Assembly: GCF_018977255.1 (NCBI RefSeq)
Contig: NW_024705597.1
Location: 1-32,454 of the forward strand
DNA length: 32,454 bases
DNA from: Callorhinchus milii
Lineage: Eukaryota
Direction: 5' to 3'
Shown here: piece by piece, positions 1 to 13,700 of the stretch
Layout of the letters: the number at the start of each line of letters is the position of its first letter
Position numbering within the stretch: the stretch's first letter is position 1
Program-made: the position numbers and the translations under genes
The notes under the pieces: generated by a model
What the model saw: only the letters and a program-made list of their open reading frames with translations
Database searches by the model: none
What the model was told of the DNA's origin: nothing

Positions 1-3000
1 CTAAATATCATTGCAGCAAGTGCTCAAGACATGCAACGAGTGGAGGAGATCGGAGAAAGCAAGGAAACAATTAAAAAACCCGATGAAGCTGGATTAACAG
101 TAACGAAAGACACAGCTGAAGGGCAAGAAATCTCAACATACATTCAACCTTCAACTGCTCCAGAAGTCACAACAGTACAAACTGAAGCTCTTGCACAACA
201 AGAGATCGATAATGAAGTTGTTTCTGAAGCCAAGCAACCAGAAAGGATCATCCCAAAAGAAGAAACTGGTCGTGTAGGCTTAGGGAATGAAAAGTACCCA
301 AGCGTTCTATCAGATTCTGTGACCACACCTTCACAAGACAAAACTGCTATTGTAATAGAGCCTTCTGCTGCAACCCCTGAAGAAACTATTGATGATGAAA
401 CCGCCACTGGGAAAGAAAGTGCACCTCTACCAACAGTATGTACAGAGGAATTCCAGAGTAAAGAAATTACGCAAGAAGTACCGCTTGACAAATCCACACT
501 AGAAATGAATGTGACTGAAGTGGTGACCTCGATTTCTCCACCTGTCCCTGTGGAACTTCAGTCTGGTCATGATGAATTATGCACAGATGTTCCCATTCAA
601 ATTGACCAACCAATAGATTTAGATGGACACAAGCAAGAAAAACCGAAGGGTGCACCACCAGGTGATACATTTGATGAAGCAACCGGTCAAGATGTGGGAA
701 AACCACTCTTTCAGAGAATTAAAGAGAAAACGAAAGAATTTTTCAGCTCAAAGTCTGAAAATGTAGAAACTGAAAGATCAATCCCAGCAGATACTGATTC
801 TCAATCAAATGAGGTCGACTCATTCAAAGCCACTAAAGTAGATGATAAGGAACCTACAGCACATGTAAAAGATATAGAAACTCACAGTAGAACAACAAGT
901 CACTGATGCCCTTGTTACAACCGAGACAATTATTGTAACTGAATCTGAAATTTCACCAAGTGTCAAAACTGCTCAAAATCAAGAAAACATTTGTGAACCA
1001 ACAGAGACTCCAGAATGTTTGAAAACTAGTTCCACAAAAGCTTTGCCGATCACAAGCATTCCTGAAGTCAGTCGTGATGTAGAAATCAGCATCAAGTTGT
1101 CGAATACGGAAATGTTACCAACAGATGCGTCAGACACATCACATTCTGAAGACAATAAATTGGCTGCAGATTCTTCAAAGGATGTTGATGATTTGACAAA
1201 GAATTCGATGTTCAACCTTCATCATCTGGAGACAAACAAGACATATTGACGACGATTAACGACCTTACAGTGGTATCAGAAGAAGAGATCAAAGAAGCAA
1301 AATTGAGCACTAGTTTAGAAGCTGAAGTGGTTTTAACAAGTCTGGAAGAAACTGGTGACAAAACAGTCAAAATCAAAGACAAAGCTGTTACCAAATCGAC
1401 TGATGTCATCACACTATCCGTGACATTGAGACGAGAGAAGCAATAATTGAAAAAGATCAACAAAAGGAAAGTGACAATGTAATTGCACCATCCGACACCG
1501 TGAGTGAAAAGCGTCCATTAAGTGAAGAAACAAAGGATGCACAAGGTGACAAAGCTGAGACAACTAATATCATTGCAGCAAGTGCTCAAGACATGCAACG
1601 AGTGGAGGAGATCGGAGAAAGCAAGGAAACAATTAAAAAACCCGATGAAGCTGGATTAACAGTAACGAAAGACACAGCTGAAGGGCAAGAAATCTCAACA
1701 TACATTCAACCTTCAACTGCTCCAGAAGTCACAACAGTACAAACTGAAGCTCTTGCACAACAAGAGATCGATAATGAAGTTGTTTCTGAAGCCAAGCAAC
1801 CAGAAAGGATCATCCCAAAAGAAGAAACTGGTCGTGTAGGCTTAGGGAATGAAAAGTACCCAAGCGTTCTATCAGATTCTGTGACCACACCTTCACAAGA
1901 CAAAACTGCTATTGTAATAGAGCCTTCTGCTGCAACCCCTGAAGAAACTATTGATGACGAAACCGCCACTGGGAAAGAAAGTGCACCTCTACCAACAGTA
2001 TGTACAGAGGAATTCCAGAGTAAAGAAATTACGCAAGAAGTACCGCTTGACAAATCCACACTAGAAATGAATGTGACTGAAGTGGTGACCTCGATTTCTC
2101 CACCTGTCCCTGTGGAACTTCAGTCTGGTCATGATGAATTATGCACAGATGTTCCCATTCAAATTGACCAACCAATAGATTTAGATGGACACAAGCAAGA
2201 AAACCGAAGGGTGCACCACCAGGTGATACATTTGATGAAGCAACCGGTCAAGATGTGGGAAAACCACTCTTTCAGAGAATTAAAGAGAAAACGAAAGAAT
2301 TTTTCAGCTCAAAGTCTGAAAATGTAGAAACTGAAAGATCAATCCCAGCAGATACTGATTCTCAATCAAATGAGGTCGACTCATTCAAAGCCACTAAAGT
2401 AGATGATAAGGAACCTACAGCACATGTAAAAGATATAGAACTCACAGTAGAACAACAAGTCACTGATGCCCTTGTTACAACCGAGACAATTATTGTAACT
2501 GAATCTGAAATTTCAGCAAGTGTCAAAACTGCTCAAAATCAAGAAAACATTTGTGAACCAACAGAGACTCCAGAATGTTTGAAAACTAGTTCCACAAAAG
2601 CTTTGCCGATCACAAGCATTCCTGAAGTCAGTCGTGATGTAGAAATCAGCATCAAGTTGTCGAATACGGAAATGTTACCAACAGATGCGTCAGACACATC
2701 ACATTCTGAAGACAATAAATTGGCTGCAGATTCTTCAAAGGATGTTGATGATTTGACAAAAGAATTCGATGTTCAACCTTCATCATCTGGAGACAAACAA
2801 GACATATTGACGACGATTAACGACCTTACAGTGGTATCAGAAGAAGAGATCAAAGAAGCAAAATTGAGCACTAGTTTAGAAGCTGAAGTGGTTTTAACAA
2901 GTCTGGAAGAAACTGGTGACAAAACAGTCAAAATCAAAGACAAAGCTGTTACCAAATCGACTGATGTCATCACACTATCCGGTGACATTGAGACGAGAGA

Positions 3001-4754
3001 AGCAATAATTGAAAAAGATCAACAAAAGGAAAGTGACAATGTAATTGCACCATCCGACACCGTGAGTGAAAAGCGTCCATTAAGTGAAGAAACAAAGGAT
3101 GCACAAGGTGACAAAGCTGAGACAACTAATATCATTGCAGCAAGTGCTCAAGACATGCAACGAGTGGAGGAGATCGGAGAAAGCAAGGAAACAATTAAAA
3201 AACCCGATGAAGCTGGATTAACAGTAACGAAAGACACAGCTGAAGGGCAAGAAATCTCAACATACATTCAACCTTCAACTGCTCCAGAAGTCACAACAGT
3301 ACAAACTGAAGCTCTTGCACAACAAGAGATCGATAATGAAGTTGTTTCTGAAGCCAAGCAACCAGAAGGATCATCCCAAAAGAAGAAACTGGTCGTGTAG
3401 GCTTAGGGAATGAAAAGTACCCAAGCGTTCTATCAGATTCTGTGACCACACCTTCACAAGACAAAACTGCTATTGTAATAGAGCCTTCTGCTGCAACCCC
3501 TGAAGAAACTATTGATGATGAAACCGCCACTGGGAAAGAAAGTGCACCTCTACCAACAGTATGTACAGAGGAATTCCAGAGTAAAGAAATTACGCAAGAA
3601 GTACCGCTTGACAAATCCACACTAGAAATGAATGTGACTGAAGTGGTGACCTCGATTTCTCCACCTGTCCCTGTGGAACTTCAGTCTGGTCATGATGAAT
3701 TATGCACAGATGTTCCCATTCAAATTGACCAACCAATAGATTTAGATGGACACAAGCAAGAAAAACCGAAGGGTGCACCACCAGGTGATACATTTGATGA
3801 AGCAACCGGTCAAGATGTGGGAAAACCACTCTTTCAGAGAATTAAAGAGAAAACGAAAGAATTTTTCAGCTCAAAGTCTGAAAATGTAGAACTGACAGAT
3901 CAATCCCAGCAGATACTGATTCTCAATCAAATGAGGTCGACTCATTCAAAGCCACTAAAGTAGATGATAAGGAACCTACAGCACATGTAAAAGATATAGA
4001 ACTCACAGTAGAACAACAAGTCACTGATGCCCTTGTTACAACCGAGACAATTATTGTAACTGAATCTGAAATTTCAGCAAGTGTCAAAACTGCTCAAAAT
4101 CAAGAAAACATTTGTGAACCAACAGAGACTCCAGAATGTTTGAAAACTAGTTCCACAAAAGCTTTGCCGATCACAAGCATTCCTGAAGTCAGTCGTGATG
4201 TAGAAATCAGCATCAAGTTGTCGAATACGGAAATGTTACCAACAGATGCGTCAGACACATCACATTCTGAAGACAATAAATTGGCTGCAGATTCTTCAAA
4301 GGATGTTGATGATTTGACAAAAGAATTCGATGTTCAACCTTCATCATCTGGAGACAAACAAGACATATTGACGACGATTAACGACCTTACAGTGGTATCA
4401 GAAGAAGAGATCAAAGAAGCAAAATTGAGCACTAGTTTAGAAGCTGAAGTGGTTTTAACAAGTCTGGAAGAAACTGGTGACAAAACAGTCAAAATCAAAG
4501 ACAAAGCTGTTACCAAATCGACTGATGTCATCACACTATCCGGTGACATTGAGACGAGAGAAGCAATAATTGAAAAAGATCAACAAAAGGAAAGTGACGA
4601 TGTAATTGCACCATCCGACACCGTGAGTGAAAAGCGTCCATTAAGTGAAGAAACAAAGGATGCACAAGGTGACAAAGCTGAGACAACTAAGATCATTGCA
4701 GCAAGTGCTCAAGACATGCAACGAGTGGAGGAGATCGGTAAAAGCAAGGAAAAC
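1..4754 (+). repeat. Coding tandem repeat, true unit 1563 nt (521 aa), about 3 copies, near-identical
   Basis: ATGCAACGAGTGGAGGAG recurs at 31, 1593, 3155, 4716 (spacings 1562, 1562, 1561). Correcting the private indels (~880 +A, ~1200 -A, ~1420 -G; ~2200 -A; ~3367 -A, ~3890 -A) gives 1563 for every unit. Only a handful of substitutions seen. The array continues off the left edge. Confidence 0.97.
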
Positions 4755-7700
4755 ACTCAAGAACCTGAAGCAGTTGCTTTATCCGTACGTAACAATATAA
4801 TTAAACTCTTGAAAAATTCGCAGCATCCAACCGTCTAATGTTAAAAAAGTCACACTTGAACTGAATGTACTTTCTGCAGATGAAAAATTAATGATGAAGA
4901 ATCCTCTGACATTGAGCAGGGTGCTTTGATTACGCCAGACAGTGAGAAGTCACTCACTGAGATCCCTTTGCCTGAGTAAAACCTCTTCAGATAAACCGAC
5001 TGAAACAAAAGAAGTTCCTTCCATTGCAACATCTGAAAAGACTGTCATTGACACTGACACCACAAAAACCAGTGAACCCCAGCACGTAACGTCTGCTCTG
5101 GAAGTGTGCGATGAAAGATTAACCCAACCAGAAAGTGATACTCTAAAATCTCCCCCTGAAATGAACGAGGTTGAAGCAGTCACATCTCTTTTACCACCTT
5201 CCACTGATGATATGTATTCTGCTGTTGAGAAAACTTCCAAAGATAGAGCACACAAACTGAAAAGAGCTCGTTAGAATCAGTTGCTTCTGTGGAGAGTGAA
5301 AAAAGAGAGGCAAATAGTACACCATTCGTGGAGGAACAACTTCAAAAGGAGAGGACAAAATCTGTTATTGATATAATGATAGAAAAAGCTCAAGGCATTT
5401 TAACTGACAAGTCTGACAGTGAGGAAGATGACGCAGTTTTCCCAGAAGCTGAAGTCCAAATTACGAGACTGATACATCTGAAACCACATCTCGTATGTCT
5501 GCAGAGAGCATCAAAGAAACTGCACGTGATGTTCATGGTAATGTTGAAGAGAAAATTGTTACCAATGGTGAGGTCGTTTCAGAATTAACATCTCATGGGC
5601 AAGAAATTTCAGTTGATATTACGCTTACCGCTCATCCAGACAATGCCCCTCAGCCAATTGTACATTCTGAAGAAGTCACATCTACATCACCATCTGCCAG
5701 TGATGAAATGCAGGCTGATCTTGACAAGATGTGCACAGACGAATCGAGCATGCACAAAATATATTCGAAAGAAGTATTTTTTCTGTGGAAAAGAAGAATA
5801 CTAATTCAGATACAGCAGAAGGATTGGATGATGCACCGCATCATAGAGAGAGGAAAAAATCAATAATTGATATTATTATAGAAAAAGCTAAGGACATAAT
5901 TCATGGACCATCTGAAAGTGAGGTAATTGAATCAGTCTCCCAAGAAGAAATTGAAGCCAAGGATAAAAAGGTTGATACACTTGGTACCACGTCTGATCAT
6001 ACTTTAGAGCTGCATGTGAAAACTACGCAACATGTGAATGTTACTGCAGATGAGGAACTCGATCATGCCAGTGATGTAATGTGTTCAAATGTTAAAGCGG
6101 TCAGCACCACTACTTGTCCAGAAAGTACCCCTGTACCAAGCGAGACTTCTGCAGTTAAAGAATTAAATGATGAAGAACACACTAATATCGCACATTTTGC
6201 TTGGACTGTTCCAGAGGTAGAATTTGGCATTATAAAATCCGATGTTAAAAAGTCGAGCGCTGACAAATCAGTTCCCTTCACTGCAATCTCTTCAGTTGAA
6301 TCTAGTGTTGAAAAAGAAGAGTTTTTCACAGTAACATCTCGAAATACCATCAGTGACACTGACACAACAAAAATAAGTGACTCCAGGTGTAGTACGTCTG
6401 ATCTGGAAGTGCGCAGTGAAGGAGTAACCCAACCAGAAAGTGAGACTCTCAAATGCCCACCCGAAGTGAGCGAGGCTGAAGCAGTCGCATCTCTTTACCG
6501 CCTTCCACTGACAAAAGTGATTCTGATCTCGATAAAACTTGCAAAGACATAGCAACCGAAGTTGAGAAGACCACATTAGAATTAGTTGCGTCTGTTGAGG
6601 CTGAGAAAATAGAGGCAGATGCAGCCGAATTTGTAGATGAAAAACTGAATGAAAAGAGGAAAACATCAATTGTTGATATTATCATAGAAAAAGCAAAAGG
6701 TATGTTTACTGACAAGTCTGACAGTGAGGAAGAGGACTTAGGTTTCCCAGAAGAAACTGAAGTTCAAGATTATGAGACTGATACATCTGAAACTACATCT
6801 GGTTCATCTGCAGAAAGTGAAAAAGTAATAACAGATGTGGTTGTTTTAAAATTAAAATCTGAAGGGCAAGGAGTTGCAGTTGATGATGAGCTTATTACAG
6901 ATTATGTAAATGAAGCAGCGGCATCTATCTTACCGGTTTCCTCCGGAGAAATCCATGCTGATCTTGACATAGCATGCACGGACGAATCAAGCAGGCAAAT
7001 AGAAACATCAAGAACACTGCTTTCTTCTGCGGAAAATAGGAATACTCATTCAGACACAACAGAAGTATTGCATGATCAACCATTCATAGAGAGAGGAAAA
7101 AATCCATTATTGATATTGTCATCGAAAAAGCTAAAGGCATAATTACTGGGCCATCTGAGAGTGGCGTAACAGAGACAACCTCCCAAAAACAAATTACATC
7201 TGAAGATGAAAAGGTTGATACACCTGATAGCACATCTCATGATACTTTGGAAGTACAGGCAACAACTATTCAACTTGTGCATGCGATTGCAGATGACGAA
7301 ATTATTAATGTCAGTCATGTAACCACTGTGAATATAAATGCAATTAGCACCACCACTCATCCAGAAAGTACCGTTATAACAAGCGACACTTCTACAGTCA
7401 AAGAAACAAATGATGACGAACGCTCAGAAATTACGCATACTTCCTGGAATATTCCAGAGGTAGAATTCGGTATTGTAAATGCTGATACTAAAAAGTCAAG
7501 CAATGCAGAGAAAGTTACTTTGACTACAATCTCTTTAGACAAACGCGTGGTTACAATAGGTCTTCCTTGGCAACTGCCAGTGATACTGATGCCACAAAAA
7601 TAAGGAAGCCCCGTGTTTAACATCTGAACTGGTAGATGAAATTGGTCCAGTTGCAAGGCTTGAAGAGACTGTGCACGATACCACCACCGCCAAAGAGGAA

Positions 7701-10700
7701 ACTGAAGCTCTCATTTCACCACTTGAACTAAATGCGGCTGAAGATAGAGCATCTATCTCACCCTCGGCTACTGACGAAATGGATGCCAATCTCTTTGACA
7801 TGTATGTAGACGAAACAACCAAACTAGTAAACGTCTCTTGTGAATCGGTTGTCTCTGCAGAAACTAGAAAAAATAGGATGGATACAAAAGAAAGAGTCTA
7901 CGAAGAACCACACCGTAAAGAGAGGAGCAAATCTCTAATTGACATTGCCATAGAAAGAGCCAAAGACATGTTTGCTGGACCAACTAATCGAGAGGAATAT
8001 GAGTCAGTCTCCCAAAAAGAAATTGAAGACGGGGACGATGTGACCGACACATTTCATACTGCATCTGATGTCACTGCAGAAAGTCATCAAGAAACTATAC
8101 ATCGTGAAGTTAGTTTAAGCAAAGAAAGTGCTGAAACTATTGATGCAACCGTTTCAAATTTCCAAGCCGATAAAGTGGAAGGAGCCGTCGAAAACGATAA
8201 ACCTACTTCAGAAATCAACACTGGCTAATTTTGACATCTCAAGAAGTCGAAATAAATAACGAAGAATTCCCCGAAGCCACAACTTCTTCAGGCAGTGTCC
8301 CAGTTCTGAAAGGTGACGCTTACGTTGCGCAGTCAGTTCAGATTCTCAGTGATGCTCACAGCATCAAAGAATATGCCCCTCAGAATAGAGCGTTTACAAT
8401 GGAGGTTCATCATAAAGAAATGAAAGAAATGGATGACCAAGAAGAAAATGATGCAGTTTCTACACTGAATAAAGACGAGGAGGAAAAACTGGAAGAAGAA
8501 TTTAAAGTTAAATTACATCAGTCTGAACCAACATCTAGCAAGATGCATGATGCTCTGCCCACAACTACAAAGGCCATCACCAACATCAGCACCTCTTCTG
8601 CACTTGACGTCGCAAGTGCACCACGAGCCACAGAAACAAAAGAACAAGAATTACCCACACACATCCCACGTGATAATCCTGAAGAAAGTTCCACGACGGT
8701 AACAAGGGTTTACGTTGACAACACGTGCATTGAGGAGGAAGTTTACATTGTTACATTCATCTCTACAATTTGTAAGTCATCTGCAGATGCATTGACCTCT
8801 GAGGAAGAAACATTTCGTGATTCGCAGAATTCCACGTTGTATGACGTCTCAATCCTTCAACAAATAGAGACACCTATTGAAAATCAACAAACATTTAGCA
8901 CAATGTCTGAGCAACACAAACACGATCAGCCAAATGTGCTAGAAGACAATGTATTCCTTGCACATGACCAACCTCAAAAGACAATCGATGGGTCAACATT
9001 TGAAGGAGGAAAGCCTGAAGCTGATAGAAACCAGAGCAAACCTTCTTCATCCACTGAGGAATGCATGACGTATTTGAAAAACACATTGAGTCCAACAGGG
9101 AGTGAAGTTAAAATAACATTCGTAAACAAAGAAGACGTGGACATTATTTACATAAGGCCTGCTCGAAAAAGTGTCTCGGTTGAAAATGTGGAGGTTACCA
9201 ATGAAGTGCATCAAAGTGCGAGTGGGAAGGATTGTCTAGCACATCTTTCCTCTGCCACGGAAGGTGTCACACACGAAGCAACAGAAGCATCCTCCACACA
9301 CACCCAGAAGCAGGGCACTGAAAACTCACCGACGGAAACTGGACAACCACAACAGAAGGTCATTCGTTGTAACCACAGGCATCTACAGAGGAAACTAAGG
9401 CTTTTGCTTTGAGGTCAAAAGAGACCCCTCATGACACTTCTCCCGTTACAGAAACTGTAATGCATGACTGGGAAGAAGTTACCACTTGCAAAGATGATCA
9501 TCGGGTTGTTGACTCTGTAGGAGAAGTCAAAGAGCCTTCATTAACGACTGCCACATCAACATTGGTCACTGCTCCGCTTAAATTTTACCACGAGGAAACA
9601 TTTTCAGATGGAGCGACAAAACACAGAGACGGTTCAGAATTATTTGCCAAAGTGAAAAATGAGCCGAGAGAGGAAGAATGTATCAAAGAGCCACCTTTCA
9701 AACAAAAGGAAGCCATTGGAAAGGCAGAAGAACTCATTAGTGGAAGTAATGTTGCCTTAACACAAGAAGAGACCTCAAAACTTCTCAGTCAAACAGAAGA
9801 ACAATGTGACTCAGGAAAAGGAACTGAAAAACAAACATTACAGGAAACACTTTCAATCGCCACTGATAAAGAATGCAACGACGATGATGATGAAGAATCG
9901 TTTCATGCAAATACAGCACCTGCTTCTGTGCAATATCAAATTCAGGATCATGATAAATCAACAATACAGTTACCTCCTGATCAGTCAACGAGTCAAGGAG
10001 ATGCACAAACATCTTTCATTGGCAGGATCATACAGACAGCTAAAAGTATGTTAACTGGAAAATCTGAGTCAGACCAGGAAGACACCTCAAACTCTCAATT
10101 AACTACAGAAATACATGCTGACACAGGAGATGCATCTGTTTCCATTTCAGAAAATGAGAAAGAATCAACATGTGGTAAAGATACGGCAGAGAGTAAGATC
10201 TCCGCCGATGCTGCTGCCACAGATGCAGAAGAATATGGATTGTCATGGAATATCACTCAACACGAGTCTTTTGCCGCTATTGAAACCACTGATTTAAACA
10301 TATTGCATGACCAGGGACACTTTATCAATGTAAATGATGAATTAGCGTATACGAATGATAAATATTACATTTCGTCAATAACAGACCAAGGAGAACGAAA
10401 TGAACTCGCATTGACAGAAGATCCATCAAGTGAGAGTAGAACTGATGAAACAACTGAAGTCCTAGTAGAAGATGAAACTAGACAAGACCATGCAGATATG
10501 ATGAAAAGACGGTTAATGAGTTGCACCGGGGATGAAACGCAGATTTCATTTGTCTACATCGATGACACAGAAATAATGTATGTAAAACCAGCTCGAAAAG
10601 ATTCAGCTGCTTGTCTCGTTGATGAAGAATATGAAGTTGCCAGTGGAAAAGACCCCGAAGCATCCACTCAATATTTGGATCAACATCAGCAGTTTGGAAT

Positions 10701-13700
10701 GATGGAACCCCACGTACACATAGAGTCTAGTGAGAAGGATAGTCATACAAGTACAGCAGCTGTCTCTGATTCCTCCTGTGTAGATACATGGGTGCATGCA
10801 TTTAAGGAACTTGAAGCAGAATTGGAGGACTCTAAAAGCAAAGCTGAAGCTGATGATTTTACATTCTGGAGAGAGGATTCCAAGGAAATTACAGAAATAC
10901 CATCCTTTGTCCATCCTACTCAACTGATGAACGTCCTCTCGCTGAACTAAACACAGCCTTGACAACAGAATCCGCTGAAATGAAGAATGACCAGAATTGC
11001 AATCATCAATATCACATACAACCTTCAATAAAATCCACCTCCATTATCCCGAGAGCAACACGGAACATACAGAAGAGGAGCGGGAGATTGAGACCTTGTC
11101 TGCAGCCATTGCCTCCACGGCATGTGAAGAAGGAATTATTACAAGTAAAGAATTGCTGAAACGTTCAAAGGCTTCCATTAAACCAGACATTATTCTTGTG
11201 CATACTGCCAAAACAGGAATTGGTCATCAAGAAGCCTCCATACACACAACTGCTTTAGCAGCTAAAGAGGATACTAAAGATGAAAGTGATTTAGTCAATG
11301 CCGATTTATCACGCATTGAAAGTAAATTAGCCGCCGATTCCTCTGAAGGTAACGCTGCACACGCGGCTGAAACGGGATTCGATGCACAAACTGAAGAGGG
11401 CCAGGAAACAGCTTCTACTGCAGACACGATTGATGTTCCGCCTGCAAAATTAAATGAACTCGAAATCGATGGCACTAATGTTGAAGCGACAACTCGGACT
11501 GCTGCATCGGTGCGAGTCGACACATTGTTAAAATCTACTGTCACCGCCGAAAGTCCTCCTGATCACCATAACACTTGTAAGGATGCAACTACTGAAAGCG
11601 AAGAGTGCCCCTCGGATTTTGTGGATGATCAACTGCAAGAGGTAGATATAAATAAAACGTCTTTTATTACACGAACAATACAAAAGGTGAAAGACATTTT
11701 CATTGGAACGCCAGTTAATGAGGAGACGCAGTTGACACGTCAAGAAGATTTGGAAGCAAACACTGGTGAGCTGGAGACAATCACCAGAGCGAAAGAAAGT
11801 CCACATTCTCAGCTTCAAGTTGAAGCTGGCGACACCAGAGATTTGGAAAAAGAAGTAAAACAAACAGAAGAATTACACGCTGGTGCCCATTCTCATCCTG
11901 ATCAAGAAGTTAATGTGGTCACGGACCCCATTGCTGACGAAGGTATAACTGTTGGGGGAAGCACTAGAAGTACAACCGATAATTTCATTATTCAGTGGCC
12001 AGAGCGTGTTAATCCTTTTAATGACATGCGTATATCTTTATCTGATAGTGCTGTGACAATAACTGTAGCCCCAAGAGATGCAGCTGCTAATGTGCTGGAG
12101 AAGCAAGATAATGCACCATCGGACATATCTCTAAAAGATGCCACCACAGGGGAATCTGCAAAAGCTACGCATTCAGAATCTGATGAAGAATTTCACGATT
12201 GTTTGACTGTTTTGGAAGAATTCCCTATGCCTGTTACATCAAAGGATGCGGTTGAGCACCCTAAACGGTCAGAATCAGTGTTTACTGATAAGATTCCTCC
12301 TCATCACCTTGAAGCATATACACAAATTATAACCACACCTGAAGAAAATTTAGTTAAAGGTCCAGAAACAAGTACAAACATTTTATCCGCGGTTGATGCG
12401 GAAAATCTTAAAATATCAGAAGCACCACAGTTCACACCAGAACTCAGAGATGAAGATTTTCCCCATGACATTAATACTTCTGAGGCAGTTCACCAATCAG
12501 ACACTAGCATCATATTATCTGATGCTGAACAAGTTATAAAAAGACCATCTGTAGAGAGCCATGCATCTGGCTTAGATAGGACATTTTTCATAGAAAGTAA
12601 TGTCTCTAAGGGCCAATTCAATATTTCAGAGAAAATTGTGAATGAGTCAGAAGCAGGATTGTCAGACAGCGGTGACAGAGGCAATCAAATCGCACGTGAA
12701 TTGGACAAAAGCTGCACCACTACAGAGCAGATGATACCCACAGAGACAAAAGTGAACACGTATGACACAACTGCTCCTCGAGACGAAACTCCCAAAACAA
12801 CACGCAAGCAGTCCTTTATACAAAGCCTCCAGAGTTTGCTTCCATTTGGTGACAAGACAGCCGTGAAATCAGACCATGCGACGAGCACAGACGTCAGTGA
12901 GCCTGGGCAAGTCACGTGCGAGGCGGCTGAAAATTGCACGGAAGAAACAAGTCACCCGGCATTAAGGGACAAGGCACAGCAAACCACAAACGAGCAGCCA
13001 CTGCATCCATCACACGCTGCCACTGACAAAGTAACATCTGAAGATGTTGCGCCCAAGAGCGACGGGACTGCAGATGCGCAGAGCAGTGAAACACACAAGG
13101 CAAGTCAGACGTACAGCAGGCATTTAACATCCTCAATCATTTGCGAATGCATGATGCAGCCGGAAATTACTACAACATCTAAGCACGACATGCAAACACA
13201 AAAAGCCACAGAAATCACACAAGACTGCCCGGTGACCAAACAAAGCAAAGCAACGGACGAATACGGACAAGCGACATTTTCACCTTCCTCTCAGCTGCTT
13301 TCAATTAAAGAAGTTGGTCACCAAGTGAAAGAGCACTTATTCAGTCTAATGAAGCAGTCGCCTGGCAAGCACGAAGCTGAATTCGCCAGCAGCGAGATAG
13401 AGAACGTGGTGGACAGCTGCGCCCTGGCACTGAAAGTACTGGCTCCCGATGCCCAACAGGAGCGGCACGTGAGTTCAATCACCCAGACGCTCATAAAACA
13501 CTCCTCGCTCGGGACACTCACGGCCACGGCGGAGGCGGCGTCGCTCCTGAAGAAGCACCCAACGGACCCGGCGGTAGGCGCTGCGGTCTCCGTGTTGGCC
13601 GTCTGCACCGCCGTCGGAGAGGCTCTCAATTTATTCTGTATCAAGACCACGGGTGAAACGTTGTCTCAGTGCTCGTGTTCATCCCTTCCCGCCGAGGCAA

